Origin: Chrysomallon squamiferum
Lineage: Eukaryota; Animalia; Mollusca
NCBI GenBank assembly: GCA_012295275.1
Contig: CM022670.1
Span: 22,568,001 to 22,632,000, forward strand
Length of the DNA stretch: 64,000 nucleotides
Direction: 5' to 3'
A program made the position numbers and the translations under genes. This document shows, in pieces, positions 1-26,588 of this stretch (positions are counted from its first letter, which is position 1; each line of letters opens with the position of its first letter). Below the pieces are notes generated by a model, which was not told the DNA's origin, did not search any database, and worked only from the letters and a program-made list of their open reading frames with translations.

Positions 1-407
1 AATATTGTCGTAGTCTCCAAGTATTCAGAAGGTTTGATTGTATTACCTAGAAGTTGTAGAACAGTAGAATAATTTGAAGGGCCAGGGGTGGGAGGTTGCA
101 AATACAGTTTAAAACGATGTATTAATAATACAGTTATTGAGTTGATAGAATTATATATATCCCACTTTTTGTAATCAGTAATCAGTCCAAAAATCAAAGC
201 ATCTCAAATATTAATTTTTTTCCAGAAATGATATTAAACATAATACGATCTATTACAAATTATGTATGCATCAGTTAACAGTAATAATTTTGTAAGCAAC
301 ATTATTGTAAATTTATACAAAGTTTATATAAAGTAGAAATGATCAATAATATGTATATTTGCAATGTATTTGACCTGAATTTTTTAAAATAATATTTGGA
401 TGTTCAG

Positions 408-2308
408 GAACCCACTATTCACAGTGCAGGAAACAAAACAGTACGAGGCCATGCTACTATTGTCAAACATCTTGCAAGAACAAGCCATCTTGATCATTTA
501 CTAGGTATGTTTATATTTTTATTTATTATTGACTTTTTAATTTATTTATCTTTCAGATTTGCTGTTACATTTTTATTACATCACTATATCATTTAAAAAT
601 TATTTAAAAAATAGAAAGTATAATAGGCACTGAAAAGTGATTATTAACAGTATAATTATAATTATTGATAATGAAACATAACTAGATTTTAGTAAAGTAG
701 TATATGTGAAGAAAATATACGTTTGACTTTGCATGAGGAAATGGGCTTACAAATATTGGATAAAACAATGAAACTGGATACATGTAAACCCATACATCAG
801 TTTAATGTATTTGAGCAATTTTCCAAAGGTAATGTGGCCTGTTTTGAAAAATTGTTTTGTTTTATATAAAATTCCAATATTTATTTTGTTTGTCATCTTT
901 GTTAAGAGGGTTATACCTGACTGTGACATATATTTTAAATAATCCTTATCGTGTGATGTTTGTCATTTTAACTGACATTGCAGGAACCAGTGCTGAAGAA
1001 AGAGCAGCAATAGAGCAATGGATAGAATACAGAATTTGTTTCATTGACCGATGTTCTTCTGATAAAGATGTTTTAGCCATTCTTGAGGTGATGAATGACA
1101 GTTATTAACATTTTGGTCTTCCACATTTTTGTTAATAAAATATATATTTAAGATAAGGGATTTATGTCATTAAAATAATTCTTTCATTTGATTTGCTTTA
1201 AAAAAAAAAAAAAAAAAAAAAGATTTAAATTAACATTTTCACTGGGTTTTTATTCTTTGTGGGGTTTTTTGTGCAAAGAAAAATGTTTATAAGAGTTTAA
1301 ATTTTGTTCAGTATATATTTTCTTTTTCAAAGTTTTCAACAGAAATTTGATTATAAGTAAATGTTTATTTATAACATTTTATTTTATTTTTTCAGGAGCT
1401 GAATGCTTATCTTTCAGACAAAGTGTACTTTGTAAGCAATCGTCTGTCACTTGCAGATATTGTAGTGTTTCATGGCTTACACTGCATTATGGTATGTCTG
1501 TTTTTACACTGCTTTGTTCTCCATTTTAATTACATATTAATGTTTCTTTATTATCTGATTCAGTAAATGAATAAATAAATAAATAAATGTTTAACATTTT
1601 AATGGTATGTAATTTAAGAATTCAGAATGTAAATCAATTGCAACCTATTTTTATGCATTATAAGTAAACAACATTATACATGTACCTTTTATCAGACTGC
1701 AAGTCTTATACTATGTTTAAGTTCTGGAGCTCTTGTAAATTGTAGCCAGTTCCACTACATTATTATGGTACCATAGCATTATTCCTAGTATCCAAGTAAC
1801 AAAGTATGCCTTAACAATTAAAAAATGTTTTGGCATGGTCATAACTTTTTATTAACATAAAAATTGTATATATCATTAGATATTCTTTTGATTATTGTAT
1901 AACTGTTATTTTTCAGAATGATATGTCTCATCAGGAAAAAGAAAAATTTATTCATATATCAAGATGGTTTAGCAATGTAAGCTTCAATTTATGGTAATTT
2001 AAATTCATTTAATGATATATTTACTAAGTTTTATAGCTTTGTTACACAATTGTAAATTGATTTTAGATCCAGGTATTTTGGTGTAATAATTATTTTGCAT
2101 ATTTGATGTATAAATATGACTTTCTTTTGTTAATTTTAAACACTGTATTTGATGATAAATAATTTAAGATTTGTGCAAAATGTGTATAAATATCATATTG
2201 TATTTTTTTTTATTTTTTTTTCAGCTACAACATGACGATAGACTTAGACAGGATCTCAAATATCTAAATTTCCAGAAAACACATCTGTATACAAATTGCC
2301 AACATTGA
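408..2308 (+). CDS. EEF1E1: Eukaryotic translation elongation factor 1 epsilon-1 (AIMP3/p18), 5'-partial; exons 408-504, 984-1087, 1396-1491, 1917-1976, 2225-2308
   Basis: GT-AG exons splice in frame to EPTIHSAGNKTVRGHATIVKHLA..LLGTSAEERAAIEQWIEYR..ELNAYLSDKVYFVSNRLSLADIVVFHGLH..EKEKFIHISRWFSNLQHDDRLRQ..TGA. This is the GST-C-like fold of AIMP3. No start exon was found in the window. Confidence 0.9.
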
Positions 2309-5300
2309 TGGGATAATAAATATATATATACCTATATTTATTTAATTATTTTGTCAATCATTTGTTCAGGGTAATGTTTCTTGTAAGTCTGTTTCTAATA
2401 TTTTTTCATTTGTATTCTTGATAACCATATTAAAAAAAAAAAAACTCCTTCCAGTAAGTTGTAATGAAATAAAAACAAGAAAGATTCAAAGAATACGTGA
2501 TTTATTTTCATTCTTTGGATTTCACACACTGAAGCAATGATGTGCAAGATAACCAGATATTCTTTCTTGACTTAGAATGCACACAGAAATAAAGTAATGC
2601 TGGAATAGTTAATACTAGAAAACCTGATAATAAATAAAAAAGATTTGTTACTTTTAAAATGTTTTATTTTTAAGGTTGTATTATAATGAATCCATTTTCA
2701 GCTTAGTTTGAATATTTTACTATGTAAAACAATATTTTAAATAAAAATTAAAGTTTTAAAAATATTCCATTTAATATTTGTCATTTTTGTACATTGCAAG
2801 TTCTTTGATTTCTTAATAGTATATAATTATTCAATACATTTTCAAAACTAATTTTAGCTAATTTTAGCAGATTTTTTTTTACCTGTTTTGAACTTGTCTA
2901 GTTTTAAAAGAAAAACACATGTTACCTGTGAAAAATTTGAAAAACAACCTACAGAAATGGATGCTGTGAAAGTCTGTTTTTATGATTAACAAAAATTATT
3001 ACTATATCTGTACTAGTTAGATACTGAAAACAGGAGTCAGGAGAGAGTGGGATGTAGATGAATAGTATTCATCTGCAACAGTATACAAGATTAAAATATA
3101 AAACAATCTTAAGCAAAGCAATTTTCAAAGTTATTAGCTACACTGAAAACTGAAAATTTTTGCATATTCATTATTAATTAGTAACAAATTAGATATTCAA
3201 TACAGAATGACATTTTATCCACTGCAAAGAATCTCTCCACATGATGTCGTAGATGAAATTGCTGACAAAGCATATATTAATTTAAAACAATTTATCACTC
3301 CAGAATGAATGGTTTCAAGACATTTCATAAAAACTTGATATAAAAACTTTAGAAAATGGCCCCAAATATCTTTGCTTATTGAGTTACTAGATAAAGATCA
3401 ATTTTAGTGCAACTTAGACCTTTCATTTGTGACCTTTTAAATGTAAACACTTTAACAACAACAACAGTTATTTGCACTTAGCATCTTAATAATGACTTTA
3501 CTGCACATTTTTTGAATTCACTGCAGCTACACATTTGTAACCTGCAACCCAGATACATCTGCATGAGACATTCCTAAAAAATTAACAAGTTATTTATTCT
3601 AAGAGCCCCAAACCTGAATTAAAAGAACGAAATACCAACACCACCTCTGCTACACAAATTTAGTTTCATACTGTCACAGCAGCTATCACATATAACAAAT
3701 ATAAATAAATCCAACATAGGAAAATGGAGAAAATAATCAGAGATTACTGCTTTTGTCAGAATTACTGTTCAAAAAGACGGTTTCCTCCAAAATGTATGAT
3801 TGACTGGACTTTTCATGAGTGAGCAAAAATATGTACATGAAATATTAAGTACACCAGACAAATCCATCACATGGAGATAAAATTATTCTCATAATGTGCA
3901 CATTTATCACAAGCAAAAATCTGCATGCATAGCTTTGTTTATGGCATTATGTTTCCATGAGGGAAAAACCTAGCACTGCACATGAATTCAACATTTAATG
4001 ATTAAGTGAATATTAATGTGTTTAACTGCTTAAAACATTTAAGACACATCAGTTTAATACAGATGTAAAACTTGGAACACATTTTATAAAACGATTACGC
4101 TATTTTCCTACTACAGATTTTATCAGTAACAACCCAAAGCCCTGAATTTAAATGTATAATGATGCACATTCAATAAATAAAATACACTTAACATAAATAA
4201 AATTAACAAAAAAAATAATAAATTCTGTAAAAGGTCATTTTACATGTAAATATAGAAATTTCCTTGAATATTAGCTATTTTTAATGCCACTAAATGGACA
4301 AAATAATTATAAAATCTATAAATTGTAGTTTAAACTTCATACAGATGTTTATTATAAAGGCACTCACATAAGTGCTATAATTTGTCACTGTAAATTCTAG
4401 ACAGAAAAGATGTTTTTACATCATGTACAAAAATGAAACAAACTGACAATTAAATGCAATGATCTGTCACAACATATTCTGTTACAAATATGAAAAGTAA
4501 CAAATATCACAGCTCAAACAAGAATATTTCAGAAGTTCAGCAGGCTTTTAAAATCACAGTGTATATAAACAAGTGACCAATCACAAATTAACTGGTTAAT
4601 AGCTAATTAAAACCTCAAATGATTATACTGCGATTCCTGCTCTATTCCAAGAAAATAAACACTGAAATGTTAAATATTGCAGTAAAAAGTGTCTTACTGT
4701 TCATGTTTATGTATCCAGTAAAACACAGAAACAGCTAAAGTAGTCTTACTTTGCACTGGACTAAACAGCAAGCTTCACATGAAGTTCTCAGAAATGTTAT
4801 CACTGAATTGTTTAAACTAATGAAGTTAGATTCATGCTAGTTTATTAACACTGTTCAAAATCACTAGACACAGCTGAAATATTGTATATTTATAATCAGA
4901 AATCCAAACAGATATTATTCACTTAGAGAAACTGATAATTTAAATGTGTGATACATGATGTTATTAATTGGGGTTATCAAACAAATATATATGGTTAATT
5001 AATCATATTAACCCAAAAGGATTTCATCATCTGAAATGTGAGAAGGCAATCTCTCAGCCAAGGGTTCAAATATTCTTGTAAGTTTCCTGCTATGTCCCAA
5101 AAAGTATATTAGCTGTTTCTTGATTCCTCTTTTCAGTCAAAAAATTATAATAATAATAATTTTAAAAAATAAATACCATGGCTAATTACTGAAAAACAAT
5201 TAAATGTGTATTTTGACAATTCAAAGGAACAGTTTATTTCTATACCTGTATGTACATACGTATAAAAATATCGTTCACAGAAATAATTTTACAACTGTCA

Positions 5301-5433
5301 CAAAAAACAGAAATTTATGAAAGCAAATACAAGCACTGAAATGTAATTCCTAATTTGCCAGTCACATTTTTCATCCTGGGACATAACAGGCAAGAAGTCT
5401 GGCTAGGCCGTCATCACTGTTTTTATTAGCAAA

Positions 5434-16807
<11,374 letters not shown>

Positions 16808-16859
16808 TTTAGAAAAGAAAACAGAAAATAAAAGAAAATATATAACTTTAGGAACAAAT

Positions 16860-16990
16860 ATCGGCGCTCATCTTTGACTTCCACAGGTCCGTTGAGTTTT
16901 TGAAATCAAATACGCATGCGTAATTTAACTAACCTAAGAGTTAAAATTGACATCCGGTTTATGAGCGGGCCTGCTGCAAGGACCATCATT
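16860..16990. promoter_or_regulatory. CpG-containing promoter region of KIF2A, possibly shared with the divergent UGCG
   Basis: Local GC/CpG rise just upstream of the KIF2A ATG. Palindrome TACGCATGCGTA (16911-16922, NRF1-like) and ETS-like ACCGGATGT on the minus strand (16950-16958). Confidence 0.5.
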
Positions 16991-17936
16991 CTGTATTATG
17001 TCAAATTCAAAATACCATTTATTATTGAATAGATAGTGTCAGTACTCCATCTGTCAAATTGTTTTATCCTTATTTTCGCTTAAAAGTTCTGCTCCTTGTT
17101 TACATAAAGCACATATTGCCACATTACTGTTGAACCGGTTTTTAACAGACAGTCACTCCGAAACTCACCAAAAGTGGTTGTCATATACTGATATAGAGAT
17201 AAGACGTAAAAATATCATACAACATATTTTACCAAAGGAACATCAGCATTTCTTTTAAGATGCTCCAGCGTACCAATCATTTAAGCGAAATTCGTTTATT
17301 TGGTTTTAACAGTAATTTTTTACTTAAATTGCTAGGGGTTTTGTAAGAAAAGTATTAATTAGTACAAAAAACAGACAAAAAATAAAAAATAAAAAGAGTA
17401 AAAAAAACCAACAAAACCCAACGTGTATTGATGTTGTGACACTTACAAAAATATTACCACTTGGCCTTAATGCGTAGTAGTAAATTATTATATGATTATC
17501 TTGTAATCCACTGAACTCTATCGCAAATTAAATTCAGGTCAGTTTAAAAATAAATAAATACAAATGTAGACTATCTCCACAGGTACTGAAGGACATTATA
17601 ATAACGTTAGTTAGTTCTTAACTATTCTGTAGTGTATTCTAATGTTTTAGAGAAAGTGAAAAACTCCTGGTGATTTATAAAAAGGGAATTTCAAAAATTA
17701 AAGAATCAGTACAAAAAGTTTATAAAGACTATGTCAATATAGTTCTGTCCAGTAAATATACATCCTTGTTTCTTTATAGATAAACCGATTTCTCGACAGC
17801 ATAATTTTAGCATCAGTCAGTTCTAACCGACGCAGAATAACACACTGAAATTTAGTTTGTTCATGCAAACATAATTTCCTATTTTTTCCGTACTTACGAT
17901 TGCGTTTTAATCCTACGAACAGTAACGTTCTAATTA

Positions 17937-17937
<1 letters not shown>

Positions 17938-17987
<50 letters not shown>
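17938..17987. repeat. (ATT)n microsatellite
   Basis: Direct reading. Confidence 0.95.
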
Positions 17988-17988
<1 letters not shown>

Positions 17989-18965
17989 TGTGGTATCTGA
18001 TTTTTAAATGTTTTTATTATTTATTTATTTATTTTTAGCGGGGTATTCATTATAAATATTTCCAGTGACTTTTCTTTGTTGCAGTTTTAATATTATATGG
18101 CTGTGTAGTAAAATCCTAAAATTAATCGTTCTGATCAAAGGATTACTATATATTAAAAACATCTTTTATCAAAACAACACCAATAATAATAAAGACGAAA
18201 AAAACAACATTATTGGAAATGACAACAATAATGAAAATGATATAATAACAAAAATAGCTACCATAAATACAACAAAATTATAAGCACAACAATATTATTG
18301 TCAACGACGGCGACAAATATATATATATATACATACACACACACACACACAACAGCAACAACAACAACAACAACAGCAGTAATAATAATAATAACAGTTA
18401 TAATAACAGCAATATTAATAACCAAAATTATATTAATAACATCAAAACACAAAAACAAAAACCATAAAAAATGACAATAAAATCACTAATAATAGTAGGC
18501 TAACCCCCTACGATAATAAAATTATAATGAGATAAATAATAACAATAAAGACGACGATGATATCAACAACTTCAGCAAAAATAATAATGAGAATAATAAC
18601 AGCTACAAAGTTTTAAATAATAATAGGATATTTTTATTTATTTATTTATTTGTTTATTTATTTATTTGTATTTGTTATACGAGTATGTATGTATATATGA
18701 AAATGAAACGATCTTCCTCCTTTATATATGTACATACTACATACATACATACATATAGATATATAGATAAATATAGGTAGACATGTTTTGTTTTCAAATT
18801 GTCGTTAATGCTTGTAACCGACACAAAGAAAGTAACCAATGGAAACAGACAGAACCTAGTTTACCCCAAACATTGTTTTATTTTTAACAGGTTTACCGGA
18901 ACTGATATCATTTACCGAAAGGCATTGTGGGACATAGCGGTCAAGAGACGTTGGGAGTGCAGAGG

Positions 18966-21900
18966 ATGGAACTGGTGGATTATACGATATGTGGTTTAGC
19001 TGTTGTAATTTTTGTTAGTTGGAGTATTAACTGGCTTACACATGTAATGGCAATTGTATATGCGTAAGTTAATTATCATATTATTTATTTTTCGATATTT
19101 TTTTTCTAATTTAATTGGAATCAGTTTGTTGATTTTCAGATTGACAGCTCGGAGGTTCTGAGTTCGTAGTGAAGATTCTAATTTCTAGATTACTTTATCT
19201 TAACATTATGATTATGATGATTATGATGATTATGATTATTGTTTTAGTGTTTAAGTAACGTTTTATTTCTTAATCAAATTAGTCTTACTAATGTAAATGA
19301 CTGACGTAAAATATTCGGTTAAGTCACCGCAGAAATTTCGTAGGCGTTTTAAGTAATAAAATGCCAGTATACGCCTTAACTATCTGAGGCATGTAAGTGG
19401 GAAAAAGTAAAATGGGCAAGGCCGACAATCGACATGAAATAACTGGTCAAAATGAGAATATCATGAACTGTTCAAAAATGTTACTAGCAGAGTTAATATA
19501 CTACTGAAGTAGTACCAGTAGGGATATGAAAATAGATGGAATGGAGCTTTTGTGGTTACTCTGGTGATCCGTCAATGTACAGACTTAACAGACTTCTGCT
19601 GTTATGAAAACAAATTAAAAAGGAAAAAAGAAACAGAATAGCAAGAATTTAAAAATATTAGTATAGTTATAAAGTAAAATGTCTATAAGAAACAGTTCTG
19701 AACATTTACACTTCTAGTTTGTAGTTATTGTGCTTAGGATTTGTTCAGTGAATTTTTATGGAAAAGTGAGGTTGCGCTTTTGCAAGGGTAGTTTACAGAA
19801 GAATTTATTATGTTTTTATTTCATGAATTATATTTAAAAAAAATTAAACTTATATAACAGTAATGTTATTTCTTTCGTTCTTTATTTCTTCTTCTGCCTC
19901 AGTCTATCTGTTTTACAGTTAATTCACTAAATGATATACGTTTTTTTAAACTGTATTTGATGTTGAGTTATATGAATTTTTATATTCATCATACAGAATT
20001 AATGATTTCTTAGCAAAATGTTCTGCTAATTTTGATATAGAAACACTGTAAGATACGGTTTGATTTTCCATTATCACAAAGTCAAATACAAGTTCCTTTA
20101 AGTCATTAACTTTGTTGAAAAGTGGGTTTGGAGAAAAAGTATTGAAATTGCCAACAGTTTGTTATTTATTAGAAAACTGTTAGAACATTATCAAATCTAG
20201 AAATAATTCTGCTGTCAGTTGCCTGATATGTGGATTTGATCTGAAGTGAAGTAACAAAAACATGAATTTAGTGTAATAAGATGGTTCTAGATTTGCTGGA
20301 CTGAAAATGTAGCAGTTCTCTCTCTCAAAAAGATACTGTATTAATATACTATTTTTAAAATGTTAAATATCAGTTCTTGATTATTTAAAAAATAAAATAA
20401 TAATAATAATAATAAGTCCTTTGTGCAAACTTTTATTTGTATTTTTTTAACATTGATGCAGAAAACTAAAAGCCTTTGAATGTTAGACAAGACTGATGTT
20501 TTCACATTTCCAATTTATATAAAGAGGGAAGTAAACTGTTGTGATACTGTAATTAATAGAAAAATGTTGTTTTAGAAAATGGAGATTTCACCGTCCAGTC
20601 GCATCACTAGTTCCAGAAGAATTACCTGGTGTTTCCATTATAAAACCACTTCTTGGAGTTGATCCACATTTATTTGGAAATTTAGAAACATTTTTCAACT
20701 TAAAATATCCACAGGTAAGACTCATTTTATTTTGTTCTTGTCTTGTCATTGTTGTTTAAAAAATAAAATTAAAAATGTAATTAAAAAAAAAAAAATGAAT
20801 ATTGGCATACATTAATTTTATTTTTCCTCAACTTCTGGTGTTTTGAGTAGACAGAAGGGATGTTAATAATAAACTGCAGTAAAGAACAGCTTCCAGACAT
20901 GACATGTTAGGGTAATCAGTGCAAATGATATAAGATTGTTTTATCAGTTACCATGGTAGATGGGGAAAACACAGATGCAAGAATTTCTGTAATTCTTGCA
21001 GATTTGGCAGCTTTTATTTTGCTTCCTAAGCCAACTTTCAGCAGAGGCAGTACCAAAATTATTCAGTAAAATTATAATTTATTACTTGTTAACAGTCATT
21101 TTTTTTTTGGGGGGGGACATTTTATTGATATAATATCAAGGTATGTGAAATGTGATAAAATATTTCAGTCTGAATATATTTTACGTTTGTAAAGTATGTT
21201 TATTCAAATAAAGAAAATGAAAGACGTTTTTAAAAGCCCAGCTGAATCACTGATGTTAATTTAAAAAACAAAAAAAAAACCTACCTGAAATAAGAGTGAC
21301 AGTTTTATACCATTTGTTTCCAGCTTTGCAATGTTTAGAATATGGCAAAATAAAATAAAAATTTTAAATTTTGTGCCAAAATTTTGTTTATTTAATACAA
21401 ATAAAAGATCCCTTTATAATCAGTGAGATGAAGTAAAAATACAAAAGTACAATTAATAACTGTTAATTATGAAATATGTTGATCTGTTGAGAAATACTTA
21501 TTTTACTAAAAAATACACAACCAAAAACCAATCTTGGTTATGATAAAGCAAAGGAATCAAATGCTAGTCCACGATTCTAAGGTTTTCTTAGGTGACATTA
21601 TATCAATATTATGTACATATTTTTCTGACTCTGATGATATATACCTGAGAGTTTTGTTGTGTAAAGACAACTTTTTAAAAAGACTAAAAAAATGCTAGAG
21701 GCAAGACCACATACACATGTATATACATCTCATACAGTGTTAAATGACTTGTCCAGTATTATCTGTTTAAATACATTATTTATATGTTGGTATTGTAAGT
21801 AAGTATTATTAACCTGGCCACTATCTATACATGATATCTAATGTATTTATCTGTGAGCACTGTTTACAGTACCCTTTTTTATTCATGTTGGTAGCAACGC

Positions 21901-24252
21901 AATATCAATATATCAGCATTGATGTGTTGTCTGGGCATGTGTTTTTTTTTCAGTTGCATAGTAAACAATATATTAGGTTACAAATGAAACAAAAATATTT
22001 TCAGGTTAACCATAAAAATGTATTCATTTATATTATACATATTTTTTTGGTACCAGTGACATGTAATACAACCATACCACACACACTTACTATTCTTTAA
22101 ATTAAACTGCTTTTCCATTCATAAACCATTATTTAAGTTTAATTCTTTGTTTCCATTCTGATTTATTAATTTTGTGAGTATAAATTTACAGAGCTACAGA
22201 AAAAAAAAAGGGTTTTATTAAAAAAATTACTTATTTTATAATTTAGTTTCCAACGTAGTAAGGTTTATCAGTGTACATAGTTATATAATTAGACATGTGT
22301 ATCATCGCATGACACATGTGGAATGTATTCTCAGCATGATAAACCTGATTATTGTAATCTGAAATACTAGATCACACTGGCATATGGACAATGCATGTAT
22401 ATGAATGAAGTCAAAGTACCAGTTAATTTGTTTTACACGAATACTGTAAGGGAAGATCCAGCAGTGTGTTTAGTGCTGACAGTGACAAAAACAGTTTTTA
22501 AAAACAAATAACTGTATATAAAAATGTTGCCACGCTCATACCAATTTTCAAAAGAACCTTTAAAATATAAAAAAAAAATAACAAGCAGGAGAAAATCAAG
22601 TCACATATTATCCTTTGGTTATTTGTTTCATAAAAAGCAAATGTGCTGAAATTTGTAATAAATTAAGACATACATTTTGTAACTTACTAATGAGAATTAG
22701 GTTAATTTATTTCTATTTTTATGGTGCCATAAATTAAAAATGCTTGAACTTACAAATCAGTAAGTCCTGTCTAATAAGACTGATGTTGGAACATTTCTTA
22801 AATATCTCAATTAACAAATTCTCCATTAATTAAGGTCAGTTCAGAGGTTCAGTTTTAATTACCAGACACCTAAGGGCAAACATTCCAGGAAACTAATTTG
22901 GCTTATTAATTAACTCTTTCAAGACATCTAGGAATAAGAAAAATGCCTGTTGATGCTGCATTAAATCTGAGGAGTTTTCATTTTTACCTCTATGCACTGA
23001 CAGGTTAATGACCTCTAAGGATGTACATATTTGCTTTCTACAGTTTGTTAGTCAATGGTTGTCAGTGATTTTCAATGAGGATGGTAGCATCTACACATGA
23101 TGTTGTAAATTTGTAAACAGGCATTTCATAATGAACTATGGTTTTAAGATTTCTTCAGGCCTATATTCTACATACAGTTTTGAAAAATACAAATTTATGG
23201 GAAGCTCTTGAATATTCTTTCTTTCCTATGCTTTACACATACACACCAACATACAGTGAAATTATTACCAGTGCTTTAAATTTCTGTGCACTATTCATGC
23301 ATGACCATTTACTATTGAAATACTGACATGCAAATATCTGAAAAAGGGGTGCAGGTAAAAAAACAACAACCCACGCTTAGTAACAGCAAACCAACATTGT
23401 GTAATAGAAGTTTGCGTGATAAACAAGTTACATTCAGGTGACTTCAATATGATCACTGGTCTTTTTTCCTTATGGCATTTAGTTTTTCTGGCATCCTGTC
23501 TCATATTTTCAATATGCTTCAATGACCTAATTTTAATTTGTTGGTCACATATGTATGCATCATTCAGACTATGAACTATGTAATGTAGTGAAATGAGTCA
23601 TAGCCCTCTTACCAACAAGTAGTTCAGTAATCATGTATAATCACTGTTATTTGTGACTGCTGTTTAAGCTTCACCATTTGGTCCTTAGTTAACTGAATTG
23701 AAACTATAAGTGAGGATATTTTATTTTTATTTTTATTTCTATTTTTATTTATTTTTTCCTCTTTTTTTTTTTTTTAAAAGAAGTAGAAAAAAGAAAATAA
23801 ATAAATGGTTGCAAATAAAATGTTACGCATCATCATCGTTGTAGAAAAGACGTGCATTTTAGCTGTTTATTTAAATATAAATGTACTCCTGTTTTATTAC
23901 ATTTGAATCTGATACACTAATATTTTGCTAAAAAATAATAATATTAATATCATTTTTCTGTTTAAATAATTCAGTTTATTTCGTTTTTAGTTTGAAACCA
24001 TTTTAATATTTAAATTAAACAAATACAGAGAAAGATGAGTTTAATTTGTAACTTTAGTTTCGATAGTAATTCTTAAAACAGAGTGAATGTTTGCTGTTGT
24101 TAAAAACAGATGATTAAAATACTAAAGGTAGATTCCAATTTGTTCTAAAAACTGAAACATGCCATATACCGTGGTTTTTTGTTATTGCTGCAAAACCAAT
24201 ATAGATAAAAGTAATTAAGTAACTCTAACAGCAAAACATTTAATTCTTATTC

Positions 24253-24290
<38 letters not shown>

Positions 24291-24396
24291 CCCTCTTAAA
24301 TATTTTGATTTATTGATTTAAGAAAAAATATTATAAGCTATTATTATTACATTTAGAGTTTAAACACTTAATACTGATATTATGGATGTGGATATA

Positions 24397-24444
<48 letters not shown>

Positions 24445-24954
24445 TAATATATAAATATATACATACACATATGTAATAATGACAGTATTATGGTTTTCTG
24501 TTTCATAAGCATTAAGCTGCATAGTTAATTACATACAACCATTAAATAATAAAATTGCAATTTGCATGTAATGTGCAGTATAATATACCCATGGGCATTT
24601 TCTAAAAGGTTGGACCTATTAATAAATAGTGACAATGTTTGCATGTCTGAATCATTCTCCACTGGGATGTTGCTTATTGCCAGCCTATATCCACACATGT
24701 TCTGAAGCAGTTACTTTGTATTTATTAAATTATTTAATGAAAAAGGACAAGTGTGTGTGAGTATGCACGCACACACATGTATAAATAATTTCAGTGTTCC
24801 ATACAGATTTATTTTTAAAAATTAATTAATAATTTAGAATAATCAGAAACAGAATTTTAATTAATAAACAATTTAAAGCTGACCACAAGAGAAGCCTTCA
24901 TATTCCATTTCCCATTCTTAGAAAGGATAAAATGAAAATTGGCTTCTTTTCTCT

Positions 24955-25002
<48 letters not shown>

Positions 25003-26530
25003 TACTTGATTACACAAATGTTTGTTCATTGAATGGTTGTCTTAGGTTGAAACTAGATTAAGAAGTGGACTGCTGCAATATTATTCTTTTCAAATAAACT
25101 AACATAAATTATGCATGTTAAATGCAATTTCTTATCACAGAATGTCACCCATTGACATGGAATTTTCTGTGTATGTATATATATATATATATATGCACCT
25201 CTGTGATGTTAAAAATTAAAAAATACAACAGTTTCAAGGACTGTTTTTAAACTGTGAAATAGTGTTGTGCATCTGAATTAAAAATGAAAACTTTGGAAGT
25301 TAAGATGTTGAAAGTTTGAATATTTCTATTAGATTTGCTGTTTGTTAAATTTCTGTTGTTCATTTTGTCAAATCTTAAGCTACAAACTGTTATATTTCAA
25401 AGAATTGTTAATTAACTAATTTTAATATAATTCAAGGTATTTATTTACATTTGTATTTTAAACATTGACTGACATATATTTTAATATATCTGTGTATTTT
25501 GCCATAGTTAAGCATCAAAATGTGTGTTGTTAATTTGAAAAAGAGAAATGGTAATGGGTTATTTTATTGTATATAAATTGCTTTCTGCCTGGAGTCACTT
25601 CCTTCTAAAAATACTACAAAGCATTTCCATATTTGTTTTCTTTTCCTTTTACTTACATATATATTTGTGTGTGTGTGTGTACAGATGTTAGTATGTCTTT
25701 GCCGGTGAAATTTAATGCTGTGTATACAGCTGCTTTTTGATTATTTCCACCTGTTCAACACCTGTGAATTTGTTCTTGACAGTTTCAGTTTAACAGATGT
25801 ATTTAATCAGATTCAAAATTTGAAAAAATAATTGAAAATCAAACGGATAACTAGAACAAATATATTCATCATGAACATAGTTTATATATTTTGATAAATT
25901 TAGCAAGAATTTGACAACAACATGATAACAAAATAATGTGACATATTTATTAAATGTGACTTATTAATATACCTTCAAGTTTTTATTAAAACCAGGATGT
26001 TATTGAGTGCATGTGATTTATAGATGTATGTGTATATAATCAGTTAAGCTTTATCTTTAATATGCTGATATACAATTACGTTTTTTTTTTTTTTTTTTTT
26101 TTTTTTTTGGCACAGACATTAAATTCTTTGGGATATAAATTATAATTTTGTATGCATGACTTTATAATACATGTAAATCTCACAAGCTGATTAAGTTCTT
26201 TTTATTACATAATAATTAAGTGCCAGAGCTTAACTTATTATTTATGTAACTTACAAAATAAATTACATTTTATTCATAACTGTAAGGAAGATAAAGGTCA
26301 ACTATAATTTTTGTTATGCCTGAAATTGTAATTTAAATCCTGAGTCAATTTTTATTTTTTTTTATTTTCAACTGTTTTGTAAGTTGATATCCTTTCAGTC
26401 TGTAGAAAATGTTGATGTAAAAATGTATGATTACAGGCAAAAATACATGGTAGTTATAATCTTATAAAATATAAATACTAATTATTTCACTTTCACTTTC
26501 TCTTTGTAATTATTTACTTCTTGTTTAACT

Positions 26531-26588
<58 letters not shown>

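Noticed and set aside
5371-5433. 20-codon open extension after the KIF2A TGA (readthrough or selenocysteine)
   Set aside because: The stop context TGA-TTT is not a readthrough motif, there is no convincing SECIS, and the length is explicable by chance.
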